From an uncultured Acidimicrobiaceae bacterium (GTDB lineage: Bacteria; Actinomycetota; Acidimicrobiia; Acidimicrobiales; RAAP-2): DNA of 64,000 nt. Under the pieces are notes generated by a model. It ran no database searches and was not told where the DNA came from. It saw only the letters and a program-made list of their open reading frames with translations. The stretch lies in NCBI GenBank assembly GCA_963829265.1, contig CAWHIB010000010.1, forward strand, positions 216,028 through 280,027, given 5' to 3'. Positions 1 through 12,324 of this stretch are shown piece after piece; the stretch's first letter is position 1, and every line of letters begins with the position of its first letter. Made by a program: the position numbers and the translations under genes.

Positions 1-653
1 GCTCTAGGACCGCCGGACGGCACGCCGTGGCGACCCGGGTGGGTCAGCGCGGGCAGCTCGGGGCGGCCCGACGAGCGCATCGTGGCCAGGCCCGCATCGA
101 GCAGCGACAGCTCGTGTCCGGCGTCCTCGGTCAGGTCGTGGATCCGCTGGCTGCTGGCCTCACCGGCCGAGGCCACCGCGGCCTCCTGCACATCGGTGGC
201 CGCCCGGATGACCTCGAGCACCTGGTCACCCAGCGAGGTGGGTACCCGTGCCCCGGGATCGACCCGCAGCACCTTGTCGACGTCGACGGCTGCGGCCTGG
301 AGGCGCCGGCACAGCGACGGCAGTTCGGCGGTGGGGCCACCGAGCTCGTCCGCGGCCCGGACGGCCGCCGTGGCCCGGTCGACCGAGCGCCACATCTCCT
401 TGGCCACCCGGGCCGACGACCACTGCTCCAGCTCGGCCGACGTGACGACGGAGGCCGAGCGGTTCCAGCGGTTCGACGCGGCGGCGTCCCACAGGGCCGT
501 GGCGCCGATGACCGCGCCGTGGGACCGGAAGGCCCGCAGCTTGCGGCGGCCGTACCGCCACAGGAGGAATCCGCCGGTCAGCACGGCGACACCCACCAGT
601 CCGGCCATGAGGACCAGACCGAGGAACAGCGATTCGAGGATCGACCCGATCAT
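1..653 (-). CDS. hypothetical membrane-anchored protein (3' end runs off window start)
   Basis: Manual reverse translation from the ATG (cat at 651-653) gives MIGSILESLFLGLVLMAGLVGVAVLTGGFLLWRYGRRK... It is open to position 1 with strong GC3 bias and an N-terminal TM helix. It is absent from the ORF track because no stop lies inside the window. Confidence 0.5.
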   Translation of the reverse strand, partial: MIGSILESLFLGLVLMAGLVGVAVLTGGFLLWRYGRRKLRAFRSHGAVIGATALWDAAASNRWNRSASVVTSAELEQWSSARVAKEMWRSVDRATAAVRAADELGGPTAELPSLCRRLQAAAVDVDKVLRVDPGARVPTSLGDQVLEVIRAATDVQEAAVASAGEASSQRIHDLTEDAGHELSLLDAGLATMRSSGRPELPALTHPGRHGVPSGGPR

Positions 654-748
654 GGGTCCATCCTACGGCGGGCCCGGGCCGAGCGGGCATCTGGCCGGCG
701 CGGTCCACCCCCGGCCGGCCGCCCGGAAGTCCTGGTCGAACCCCCAGG

Positions 749-1546
749 TCAGGATCGCGGTTCGAGCAGGAGGTCGATCATCCGGTCGAGCGCCTCGGCC
801 GGCACGCCGGCCGACAGCGCCCAGGCCCGGGCCCCGCCGTGTCGGACCTGCAGGTGGTCGAGGAAGCCCTCCATGGTCGATGCCTCCACGCTGAGCCGCG
901 AGGCCGGCACCTTGGCCATCCGCTCGGCGAACTCGGGTTCGGCGAGCCAGCGGTCCAGGATGAAGCGGAGGCGTTCGGCGGTGATCACGTAGTCGGCCAC
1001 GATCACGTCGCGGTCGACGCCGACGATCTCGAGCACGAGGGCGGCCAGCACGCCGGTCCGGTCCTTGCCGGCCGCGCAGTGGAACACGAGCGGGTAGTGC
1101 TCGTCACCACCGAGCAGGGTCAGGGCCCCGACCAGCGAGTGGCGTCCCACGTCGAGGTACCAGAGGTAGCGCTCGGCCAGGTCGTCGCCGGCGGGGGCGG
1201 GGGCGGCCACCGACTCTCGCTCGGCCACTCCGTCGGGGGTGCGGTCACCCCGGATCCCGTCCTGCACCCCTTCCTTCACCACGGCCAGGTGGTGGTAGGC
1301 CACGTCCTCGGGCTCGAGCGGACCCCGTCCGGTGCGGGCCAGTTCGCGCTCGGTCCGGAGGTCGACCACGGTGCGCAGTCCCAGCCCCTGGAGCCGGTCG
1401 ACGTCGTCGGACGTCAGCTCATGGAGCGCGTCGGCCCGGAAGAGGCGCCCCCACCGGGTGGGCCGCCCGTCGCGCCCCGGATAGCCGCCCAGGTCCCGGA
1501 AGTTGAACGAACCCTGCAGGGGGATGAGGCGGGCATCGGAGTCCAT
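749..1546 (-). CDS. protein-tyrosine phosphatase family protein
   Basis: Lies within ORF 749..1828. CX5R active-site loop VFHCAAGKDRTG. An internal start MDSDARLIPLQGSFNFRDLGG is typical of this family. Confidence 0.85.
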   Translation of the reverse strand: MDSDARLIPLQGSFNFRDLGGYPGRDGRPTRWGRLFRADALHELTSDDVDRLQGLGLRTVVDLRTERELARTGRGPLEPEDVAYHHLAVVKEGVQDGIRGDRTPDGVAERESVAAPAPAGDDLAERYLWYLDVGRHSLVGALTLLGGDEHYPLVFHCAAGKDRTGVLAALVLEIVGVDRDVIVADYVITAERLRFILDRWLAEPEFAERMAKVPASRLSVEASTMEGFLDHLQVRHGGARAWALSAGVPAEALDRMIDLLLEPRS

Positions 1547-1724
1547 CGGCCCATCTTGGCCGCTCGACGGAGCGGGGTGTTCCAGGCGGGGTCCTCCGAT
1601 GAGCGAGAATGGGGGCGAACCGTCGGTCGGCCACCACTGGACACCCGGTGCGGCCACCGCCTTCCCCCGGGCGGCCGATGGCGACCCCAGCATCACCCCC
1701 ACCGCCAAACAGGAGTCCCACCTC

Positions 1725-4003
1725 ATGAAGTCCCTTGCCACTTGGTGCGTCCGGCACCGCCGCGTCGTCGTGCTGCTCTGGATCGCCGCCCTCGTCGGCA
1801 TGACCCTGCTCTCCCAGACCGTCGGCACCGCCTACTCGAACAGCTTCTCGCTTCCCCACACCGAGTCGACGCAGGCGCTCGACCTCCTGCAGGCCGCCGC
1901 GCCACGTCAGGCCGGCGACCAGGAGCGCATCGTGATCCACACCACCGACGGGACACCGGTCACCGACCCGTCGGTGCAGGCACCGGTCGAGGCGATGATG
2001 GCCAAGGTCGAGCAGCTCCCCCACGTCAGCGTCGTCGAGGGTCCCTACACCCCGGTGGGCGCCCACCAGATCAGCGCGGACAAGCAGACGGCCTTCATCA
2101 ACGTCACCTTCGACGTGCAGGGCCAGAACGTGACGACCGCGCACGCCAAGACGTTCGTCAACACCGCGCTCACCGCCCAGGGACCGCACCTCCAGGTGGC
2201 GGTGTCCGGCCAGGTGGCCGAGGAGGCCGACCGCCAGTCGTTCGGTGGCACCGGGCTCGGCATCCTGCTGGCCGCCGCTCGTGCTGCTCCTCGTCTTCGG
2301 GTCGCTGTTCGCCATGGCCCTGCCGATCCTGTCGGCCCTGGCCTCACTCGGCACCGCCATCGGCCTGATCGGCATCCTGAGCAACACGCTCAAGATGCCC
2401 GAGTTCTCGACGAAGCTGGTCCTGCTCATCGGCCTCGGCGTCGGCGTCGACTACGCGCTGTTCATCGTCACCCGGCACCGGCAGGGTCTGATCGCCGGCG
2501 ACGACGTCGAGTCGTCGATCGTGAACGCCGTCAACACGTCGGGTCGGGCCGTCCTGTTCGCCGGCATCATCGTCTGCATCGCCCTGCTCGGGATGTTCGC
2601 GCTGGGCGTCTCGTTCCTCTACGGGCTCGCCGTGGCGGCGTCGATCGGTGTGGCCTTCACCATGATCGCCGCACTCACCCTGCTGCCCGGCCCTGCTCGG
2701 CTTCATCGGGCCGCGGGTGCTCAGCCGCAAGCAGAAGAAGAACCTGGCCGCCAACGGCCCCCGCGTGGTCGGCGCCGGCACCAAGGGCTTCTGGCCGAAA
2801 TGGGCCGACTTCATCCAGTCCGGCCCCGTCCTGCCGGCGGTCATCGCCCTGATCATCATCGGCATCATGGCCATGCCGTTCTTCTCGCTCCGACTCGGCA
2901 ACTCCGACCAGGGGAACGACCCGACGGGCACGACCACCCGCCAGGCCTACGACCTGCTCTCCGCCGGATTCGGACCCGGCTTCAACGGCCCGCTGCAGCT
3001 GGTGGCCGCCGAGAACGGCCCGATCGACACGGCCACGCTCGACAAGCTGGCCGCCGAGGTGCGCGACCCAGCCCAACGTGGCCGCCGTGGTCCCGCCCGG
3101 TGGTCCTGCCCCCCACGACGGCCAGCAGGTGGCGCTGATCAACGTCTACCCCGACCTCGTCGCCCCAGTCGTCGGCCACCACCGACCTGATCAACCACCT
3201 GCGGGCCAGCGACGATCCCGGCCGTGGTGACCGGGACCGGGGTGACCGTCTACGTCGGCGGCACCACGGCGATCTTCGCCGACTTCGCCAAGGTGCTGTC
3301 GTCCAAGCTGCCGCTCTTCATCGGGCTGGTGGTCTGCCTGTCGTTCCTCCTGCTGGCCATCGTCTTCCGGAGCCTGGTCATCCCGCTGACCGCGGCGGTC
3401 ATGAACCTGCTGTCGATCGCCGCCGCCTTCGGCATCCTGGTCGCCGTCTTCCAGTGGGGCTGGGCCGGCTCGGTGTTCCAGGTGAACCAGACCGGGCCGA
3501 TCGAGGCCTTCCTGCCGGTGATGATGTTCGCCATCCTCTTCGGGCTGTCGATGGACTACGAGGTGTTCCTCATCACCCGCATCCAGGAGGAGTACGCCAA
3601 GACCGGCGACAACCGGACCGCGGTGCGCAACGGGCTGGCCGCCACCGGCAAGACCATCACCGCGGCCGCACTGATCATGATCCTGGTCTTCGGCGCCTTC
3701 ATCCTCGGCGGCATCCGGGTCATCAAGGAGTTCGGCCTCGGGCTGGCCGGCGGCATCCTCATGGACGCCGTGGTCATCCGGATGGCGGTCGTCCCGGCGG
3801 TCATGATCCTGCTGGGCAGGTCCAACTGGTGGTTCCCGAAGTGGCTCGAGTGGCTCCCCCACGTGACGGTCGACCCCGACGCGCCCACCGGCGACCGTCC
3901 CGCCACCACCGCCGACCGTGCCCGAAGAGGAGCCGGTCCCGGTCTGACCGGCCGCCCGGTGCGCTCCACCCGGGTTGCACCACAGGTGGGCGGGGCGCCC
4001 TAG
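1725..4003 (+). pseudogene. MMPL family RND-type transporter, multiply frameshifted as sequenced
   Basis: AGGAG RBS at 1711 and ATG at 1725 (MKSLATWCVRHRRVVVLLWIAALVG). The protein continues through ORFs 1503..2852, 2245..3138, 2717..3190, a third-frame piece and 3224..4003. MMPL hallmarks are present (GVGVDYALFIVTRHR, LSMDYEVFLITRIQEEY). Frame switches occur near 2270, 2695, 3065, 3140 and 3205. The true 3' end is uncertain; an alternative stop lies near 3947. Confidence 0.85.
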
Positions 4004-4068
4004 GAATCCACCGCACCCCCGGTGTAGGTTCGCGGGCGGAACGCACCACACACCCAGGGGGATCCGCC

Positions 4069-5516
4069 ATGTCCGACTTCGTCATGACCATCGGGGGCGA
4101 CTCGGCACCCGCCGCCGACTCCTTCGGGGTCATCAACCCGGCCAACGGCGAGGTCTTCGCCCACGCCCCGGAGTGCACCGCGTGACCAGCTGGATGCCGC
4201 CTTCGAGTCGGCGGCCAAGGCCCAGCGGGACTGGAAGCTCGACGAGGCCGCCCGACGCAAGACGCTGCTCGACATGGCCGACGTGCTCATGGGTGCGTCG
4301 GGCGAGCTCGCCCCCATCCTCACCGCCGAGCAGGGCAAGCCCCTGGCCGAAGCCGGCGTCGAGGTGTTCGCCTCGGCCATCTGGTGCCAGTACTTCGCCA
4401 ACCTCGAGACGCCGCCCCAGGTGATCCAGGACGACACCGAGGCCTACGTCGAGGTCGTCCGGCGCCCGATCGGCGTGGTGGCCGGCATCACCCCGTGGAA
4501 CTTCCCCCTGACCCTGGCCTTCTGGAAGATCGCCCCGGCCCTGCTGGCCGGCAACACCATGGTCCTGAAGCCGTCGCCGTTCACCCCGCTCACCACCCTG
4601 AAGGTGGTCGAGCTGCTCCGCGACGTGATGCCGGCCGGCGTCCTCAACGTGGTCAGCGGAGGTGACCAGCTCGGCGCCTGGATGACCGGGCCACCCGGTT
4701 CCCCGCAAGGTCAGCTTCACCGGGTCGATCGAGACCGGCAAACTGGTCGCCCAGTCGGCCGCCCCCGACCTCAAGCGGGTCACCCTGGAACTGGGCGGGA
4801 ACGACCCGGCCATCGTGCTCGACGACGCCGACCCGGCCATCGTGAGCCGGGCCATCTTCAGTGCCGCCTTCCAGAACAACGGGCAGGTGTGCTCGGCCGT
4901 CAAGCGGGTCTACGTGCCCGAGTCGATCTACGCCGAGGTGCTCGACGGTCTGACCGCCCAGGCCGCGGCGGTCAAGGTGGGCGACGGCACCGAGGCCGAC
5001 TCCAAGCTCGGCCCGATCAACAACGCTCCGCAGTTCGAGCGGGTCAAGGAGCTGGTCGCCGACGCACTGGCCCACGGCGCCCGGGCCACCACCGGCGGCA
5101 AGGCCATGGACCGGCCCGGCTACTTCTTCGAGCCGACCATCCTCACCGACATCAGCGACGGCACCCGCATCGTCGACGAGGAGCAGTTCGGTCCCGCCCT
5201 GCCGGTCATCCCCTACCGGAGCGTGGACGAGGTGGTCGAGCGGGCCAACGGGACCCACTTCGGCCTGTCCGGCTCGGTGTGGGGCGCCGACGCCGACCGT
5301 GCGGCCGAGGTGGCCGGCCGGCTCGAGTGCGGCACCGCCTGGGTGAACACCCATCTGGCCCTCGCCCCCCAGCAGCCGTTCGGCGGCTTCAAGTGGAGCG
5401 GCATCGGGATCGAGAACGGCCCGTGGGGCCTCGCCGAGTTCACCGAGGTCCAGGCCGTCCACCGGTCGAAGGCGGCCGACGGGCTCAACATCACCACGGC
5501 CGGACTCGTCTCGTAG
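4069..5516 (+). pseudogene. NAD(P)-dependent aldehyde dehydrogenase, two frameshifts as sequenced
   Basis: ATG at 4069 (MSDFVMTIGG) after an AGGGGGA RBS. It continues in ORF 4274..5566 and ORF 4815..5516. Motifs ELGGNDP and catalytic NNGQVCSAVKR are present. Frame switches lie near 4180 and 4690. Confidence 0.9.
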
Positions 5517-5562
5517 CCGGGTCCTTCCCGGACCCGGGGTCGGTGCGCCACTCGGGGCCCCG

Positions 5563-6568
5563 GTGAGACGGACCGCCCGGACCGCCCTGGCGGGCCTCGT
5601 CGCCCTGGCCGCGGCGCCAGGGGCCGCCGGGTGCTCGTCGACGGGATCGCCGGCCGGCTCCGCCACGACGGCGGCCGCCACGACCACCCGCGCCGCCGCC
5701 CTCGGGAGCGGCTGCGGACGGGCCCCGGATCCCGGGCCGACGGCGTCCGCCCCGTTCGGGGACGTCGTCCAGACGGTGACCGTGGCCGGTACGCCCCGCA
5801 CCTACCGACTGGCCGTGCCCGCCGCCTACCGACGGGACCGGCCCGCGCCGCTCATCCTCGACTTCCACGGCAGCGGGTCGAACGCCGTCCAGCAGTCGGC
5901 CTACTCGCAACTGCCGAGCCGGGCCGCGGCGGCCGGGTACCTGGTGGTCACCCCGGACGCCCTCGATGCCAACTGGGACCTGGCCGCACCGGGCACGCCG
6001 ACCCACGACCAACAGCTGGTGGCGGCCCTGGAGTCCGACCCTCGGCGCCCACTACTGCGTCGACCGCACCCGGATCTATGCGGCCGGGATCTCGTTGGGG
6101 AGCGAGTTCGCCACCATCGTCGCCTGCGATCCGGCGAACCGCATCGCCGCCGTCGGACTGGTTGCGGCCGAGTACCTGCTGCGCCCGTGCCGCGGTCCGG
6201 TCCCGGTCCTCGCCTTCCACGGCACGGCCGACCCGGTCGTCCCGTACGCCTCCGGCGCCACCGGCCGCTCGGTGCCCGGCATCCCGGTGGTGGGGACCAT
6301 GCAGAACCTGCAGGCCTGGGCCCGGCTCGACGGCTGTCGTCCCCGGCCGGTGGTCACCACGCCGGCCACCGCCGTCACCAGGACGACCTGGTCCGGGTGC
6401 GCCGCGGGGAGCTCGGTGGTCCTCTACTCCATCACCGGGGGTGGACACACCTGGCCGGGATCACCGGTCGTCCTGTCGGCCGCGGCACTCGGCACCACCA
6501 CGGAGGCCATCGACGCGACCGGGCTCATGCTGGGCTTCTTCCGCGCCCATCGGGCGCCGCACCCGTGA
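5563..6568 (+). CDS. secreted esterase lipoprotein (PHB depolymerase / LpqC-like alpha/beta hydrolase), one frameshift
   Basis: Signal peptide plus lipobox (LAAAPGAAGCSS), GxSxG nucleophile (GISLGS) and FHGTADPVVP. The N-terminal half is in ORF 5563..6621 and the C-terminal half in ORF 5966..6568. The switch lies near 6040. Confidence 0.75.
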
Positions 6569-6574
6569 GCCGGG

Positions 6575-7708
6575 TCAGCCCCCTGCGCCCGTGCCCGTCA
6601 TGCTGGACGCCGCCTGGGTGAACGCCTGGAACGACGTCACCTGGTCGGCCGGCGGCGGGGTCACGGACACCGGGACCCCGAAGTCCGAGGTGTCCTCGGT
6701 CGCCTTGACGGTGGCCGATTGCCCGGCCACCGTCATGTGCATGTAGATGACCACCCGGGCGAGCATGTGGTTGGCGTCGGAGACGTAGACGTCCATCGAC
6801 AGCCCGCCGTTGCGGAACATCCCCTTGGCCGCCTCGGCGGCCTGGCGGATCGCATCGGGGATACCGGGATCACGGAGGCGCTTGTCCATGGCCGCCTGCG
6901 TGATGACCACGTGATAGCCCTCCGCCGGACTCCCGTTGACGACACTCGGACCCAACGGGGTCACGATGTCCCCGTCGGCCTGCAGGACCTGGAACATCGA
7001 CGCCGGATTGGAGCTGCCCGGGGCCACCGACGATCCACCGAGCGGGAGGGCGATCCATGACTTGCCGGGCACGACCGTCGAGATCTGCGGCATCGACATG
7101 TAGATGGACCCACCCACATAGCGCTCGGTGATCCGCAGGTTGTCGAGACCCGGCTGTCCGTTGTAGCCGATGGTCAGCTGTGCGGTGTTTGCGGCGAAAT
7201 CCACCGACCCGTCACCGGAGGCCGTGATCTGGCCCTTGCCGGGCACCGTGATCAGCATCGTCATGTGCATGTCGGCGGTCTTCGCGCCGAGAGTCGAATC
7301 GATGGCCGTCAGCACCGCCCTGTTCGGCGACCCCGTCGGGGCCGGAGGCGACGCGGAGTGGGTGGTTGCGGTCACGCCCACGACGACGCCCACCATGGCG
7401 ACGAGCACCACGACCACCAGGCCGACCACCAGGCCGGCGCGTGAGCCCCTGGTGGCGGCAGGAGTGGTCGCCAGGATCGGTGCGGGGGTGCCGGGAGTGG
7501 CCGCAGACTCCACCGGTCCATACGGGTCCACCGGTCCATACGGGTCCACCGGTCCGAACGGGTCCACCGGCCCCGCACCCTCCGCGGCACGCTGTCCGTC
7601 CTCCAGCTGCGGGAACTGCACCTCGTCGTCCACGACCCACCTCCTCGGTCTATCCAACGTACTTCCGCAGGGTGCGCAACTGCCACGATCGTCGGTCAGC
7701 TCAGGCAA
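6575..7708 (-). CDS. membrane-anchored hypothetical protein with Pro-rich repeat and LppX/LprAFG-like globular domain
   Basis: Intact 377-aa ORF. It has VDPFGPVDPYGPVDPYGP repeats, a TM segment (LVVGLVVVVLVAMVGVVVGV), then a beta-rich extracytoplasmic domain. The start codon is uncertain. Confidence 0.6.
   Translation of the reverse strand: MPELTDDRGSCAPCGSTLDRPRRWVVDDEVQFPQLEDGQRAAEGAGPVDPFGPVDPYGPVDPYGPVESAATPGTPAPILATTPAATRGSRAGLVVGLVVVVLVAMVGVVVGVTATTHSASPPAPTGSPNRAVLTAIDSTLGAKTADMHMTMLITVPGKGQITASGDGSVDFAANTAQLTIGYNGQPGLDNLRITERYVGGSIYMSMPQISTVVPGKSWIALPLGGSSVAPGSSNPASMFQVLQADGDIVTPLGPSVVNGSPAEGYHVVITQAAMDKRLRDPGIPDAIRQAAEAAKGMFRNGGLSMDVYVSDANHMLARVVIYMHMTVAGQSATVKATEDTSDFGVPVSVTPPPADQVTSFQAFTQAASSMTGTGAGG
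7509..7570. repeat. 18-bp tandem repeat (3.4 copies) inside CDS 6575..7708
   Basis: tccaccggtccatacggg occurs twice, then tccaccggtccgaacggg, then a partial tccaccgg. On the minus strand this encodes the (V)DP(F/Y)GP repeats. Confidence 0.95.
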
Positions 7709-7889
7709 CAGGTGGTGCTCAGTCCGTGCGCTCCACGATCACGTCGAGCCGCACGGTCGGCACCGACCTGGTCGCCATCCCTAAGATCACGGTGCTCACC
7801 GGACGAGAACCGTGGATTGGACAGTGGATGCCCGGAGACGACCTGCGCATCGGCGACACCGTCACCAACCATGCCCGGGCCGGCTACTG

Positions 7890-8741
7890 ATGGGACCGGA
7901 CGACCTGGTCCTGTGTGCCGGCACCCTGCCGAGGGGCGTGCCGTTCGCCGAGCGGCTGTCCGTGGCCGCCGACGCGGGATTCCGGTACGTCTCCCTTTGG
8001 GGGCGCGACATCGCCGCGGCCCGGGCCGAGGGGCGCAGCGACGCCGACCTGCGGGCCATGCTGGCCGACCACGGGCTGGGGGTCGCCGAGGTGGACCCGG
8101 CCTGGTGGTGGCTGCCCGGGGCGGCCGAGGTCCGGATCGACCCGGCCTTCGACACCGAGGAGGTCTTCCGCTTCGGGGAAGCGGAGCTCATGGCCATGGC
8201 CGGGGCCGTCGGTGCCCGTTCGCTCAACGCCGTGGACGTCTTCGGCGGCCCCTGGGGCGTCGACGACGCGGCCGAGGCGTTCGCCGGCCTGTGCGCCCGG
8301 GCCGCCGAGCACGACCTCCTGGTCCACATCGAGTGGCTGCCGTGGTCGAAGATCCCGGACCTGGCCACGGCCCGGGCCATCGTGGAGGCGGCCGACGCGC
8401 CGAACGGGGGACTCAACATCGACGCCTGGCACCTGGTCCGGGCCGGGGTCCGCCTGGAGGAGCTGGCCGCGGTGCCGGGCGACCGCATCCTCGGCATCCA
8501 ACTCGACGACGGACCCGCGGCGGCCGAGGAGAACCTGGTGGAGGCCACCCTCCACCACCGCCGCCTGCCCGGCGACGGCGAGTTCGATCTCGTCGGCCTC
8601 CTGCGCGCCCTGGCCGCCACCGGAACCACCGCCCCACTCGGCGTCGAGGTGTTCAGCGACACCCTGCACGAGCTCGGACCACTCGAGGCGGCCCGGCGGG
8701 CCGCCGACACCACCCGCACCGTCCTGGAGGAGAGCACATGA
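7890..8741 (+). CDS. sugar phosphate isomerase/epimerase (xylose isomerase-like TIM barrel)
   Basis: ORF 7812..8741, with ATG at 7890 (MGPDDLVLCAGTL). The family-typical pattern of HIEWLPWS and NIDAWH metal-binding residues is present. Confidence 0.75.
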   Translation: MGPDDLVLCAGTLPRGVPFAERLSVAADAGFRYVSLWGRDIAAARAEGRSDADLRAMLADHGLGVAEVDPAWWWLPGAAEVRIDPAFDTEEVFRFGEAELMAMAGAVGARSLNAVDVFGGPWGVDDAAEAFAGLCARAAEHDLLVHIEWLPWSKIPDLATARAIVEAADAPNGGLNIDAWHLVRAGVRLEELAAVPGDRILGIQLDDGPAAAEENLVEATLHHRRLPGDGEFDLVGLLRALAATGTTAPLGVEVFSDTLHELGPLEAARRAADTTRTVLEEST

Positions 8742-9829
8742 GCGGAGTCGTCGTCATCGGGACCGGGTTCGGGTGCGTCACCCACGTGCGCGCCCTGCGT
8801 GCGGCCGGGTTCGACGTGGTCGGCCTCGTCGGCCGCGACCCGGACAGGACGGCGGCCCGGGCCGCCCTGTTCGACATCCCCCGGTCCCTGACCTCGGTCG
8901 ACGAGGCGCTGGCCCTCGACGGGGCGGACGCCGTCACCATCGCCACCCCGCCCCACACCCACGCGCCCATCGCGCTGGCCGCCATCGCCGCCGGCAAGCA
9001 CCTCATCTGTGAGAAGCCGTTCGCCCGCGACGCCGCCGAGGGCCGGGCGGTCCTGGCCGCCGCCGAGGCGGCCGGCGTGGTCCACCTGCTCGGGTGCGAG
9101 TTCCGGTGGGACGCCGGACAGGCCCTGCTGGCCCAGGCCGTCCGGGACGGCGAGATCGGCGAGCCCCGTATGGCCACCGTGCTGCTCAACGTGCCGCTGC
9201 TCGCCGACCCCGCGGCCGAGGTACCCGAGTGGTGGGCCGACGCCGACCAGGGCGGCGGGTGGATGGCCGCCCACGGCTCCCAGATCATCGACCAGATCCG
9301 CTGCACCCTCGGCGAGTTCGACCGGGTCAGCGCCTCGTTGCCCCACATCGCGGCCCGCGCCATGACGGCCGACGACGCCTTCGTGGTGCACTTCACCATG
9401 CGCTCCGGGGCGGTGGGGGTGCTCCAGAGCACCTCGAGCGACTGGGGACCGCCCATCATCGAGACCCGGGTCGTCGGCTCGACGGGGACGGCCTGGATCG
9501 AAGGGGTCGGGTCGACCGTCAAGGTCGCCGACCGCACCGGCACCCGCACCCTGCCCGTGCCCGAGTACCTGCCCACCGGGTCGGCACCCCCCCTTCCCGA
9601 CGGACTGGTCAGCACCGCCTACGAGCGGATGATCTCCCACGGGATGGACCTCGCCCCGTACACCCGGCTGGCCGAGGTGCTGGCGTGCCGGATGGCGGGC
9701 CGGCCCGATCCGCCGGGCCCGATCGCGGCCACGTTCGTCGACGGGGTGCGGGACATCGCCGTGCTCGACGCGGTGAAGCGCTCGGCGGCCGAGGGCGTCA
9801 CCGTGGTGGTCGACGACGGACTGGACTGA
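8738..9829 (+). CDS. Gfo/Idh/MocA family oxidoreductase
   Basis: ATG at 8738 overlaps the upstream stop (ATGA). Rossmann N-terminus MSGVVVIGTGFGCVTHVRAL and an EKPFA motif are present. It lies in frame within ORF 7712..9829. Confidence 0.85.
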   Translation: MSGVVVIGTGFGCVTHVRALRAAGFDVVGLVGRDPDRTAARAALFDIPRSLTSVDEALALDGADAVTIATPPHTHAPIALAAIAAGKHLICEKPFARDAAEGRAVLAAAEAAGVVHLLGCEFRWDAGQALLAQAVRDGEIGEPRMATVLLNVPLLADPAAEVPEWWADADQGGGWMAAHGSQIIDQIRCTLGEFDRVSASLPHIAARAMTADDAFVVHFTMRSGAVGVLQSTSSDWGPPIIETRVVGSTGTAWIEGVGSTVKVADRTGTRTLPVPEYLPTGSAPPLPDGLVSTAYERMISHGMDLAPYTRLAEVLACRMAGRPDPPGPIAATFVDGVRDIAVLDAVKRSAAEGVTVVVDDGLD

Positions 9830-9887
9830 GGGGGAGTCGGGCGCACCCGCCCGCCCGGGACCGTGCACGGACCGGCCAACTCCTTCG

Positions 9888-9900
9888 ATAGTCTAACTAT
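9888..9900. promoter_or_regulatory. AT-rich perfect palindrome ATAGT-CTA-ACTAT abutting the MarR start, candidate MarR operator or -10 region
   Basis: atagtctaactat lies directly 5' of GTG 9901 in otherwise very GC-rich DNA. The function is inferred only. Confidence 0.35.
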
Positions 9901-10367
9901 GTGAATCCCGAAAGAACCCCCGCGGCGACCGCGGTCGACGACGATCGCCGCATGCTGGGCCGCACCGCCGCCTGGCTGGCCAAGCAGGTGGAGATCGGGC
10001 TCGGCACCGTCGACCTGTCCCTCCCCCAGTACCGGATCCTCGGCCTGCTCGACGAGAGCTCCGCCGTCTCCTCCCACCTGGCCGAGCGCCTGGCCGTCCG
10101 GCCGCCCACCATCACCGCGGTGGTGGACGGCCTGGTGGCCAAGGGCCTGGTGGAGCGTCGAACGGTCGAGGGCGACCGCCGACGGGTGGACCACGTCCTC
10201 ACCGATGCCGGCCACCGGGTGCTGGACGCGGCCGACGCGGCCATCGACGCCCGCCTCCACGAGATCACCGATGCGCTGGGCGATCCCGCCGCGGCCGAGG
10301 AGGCCTTCTGCGGCCTGGCCGGCTGGCGCAGGGCGCTCGTCGCCTACCGGCAGGCCCGGTGGGGCCG

Positions 10368-10371
<4 letters not shown>
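9901..10371 (+). CDS. MarR family transcriptional regulator
   Basis: Winged-helix core LSLPQYRILGLLDESSAVSSHLAERLAVRPPTITAVVDGLVAKGLVER. An alternative start is M18 at 9952. Confidence 0.85.
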
Positions 10372-12320
<1,949 letters not shown>

Positions 12321-12324
<4 letters not shown>

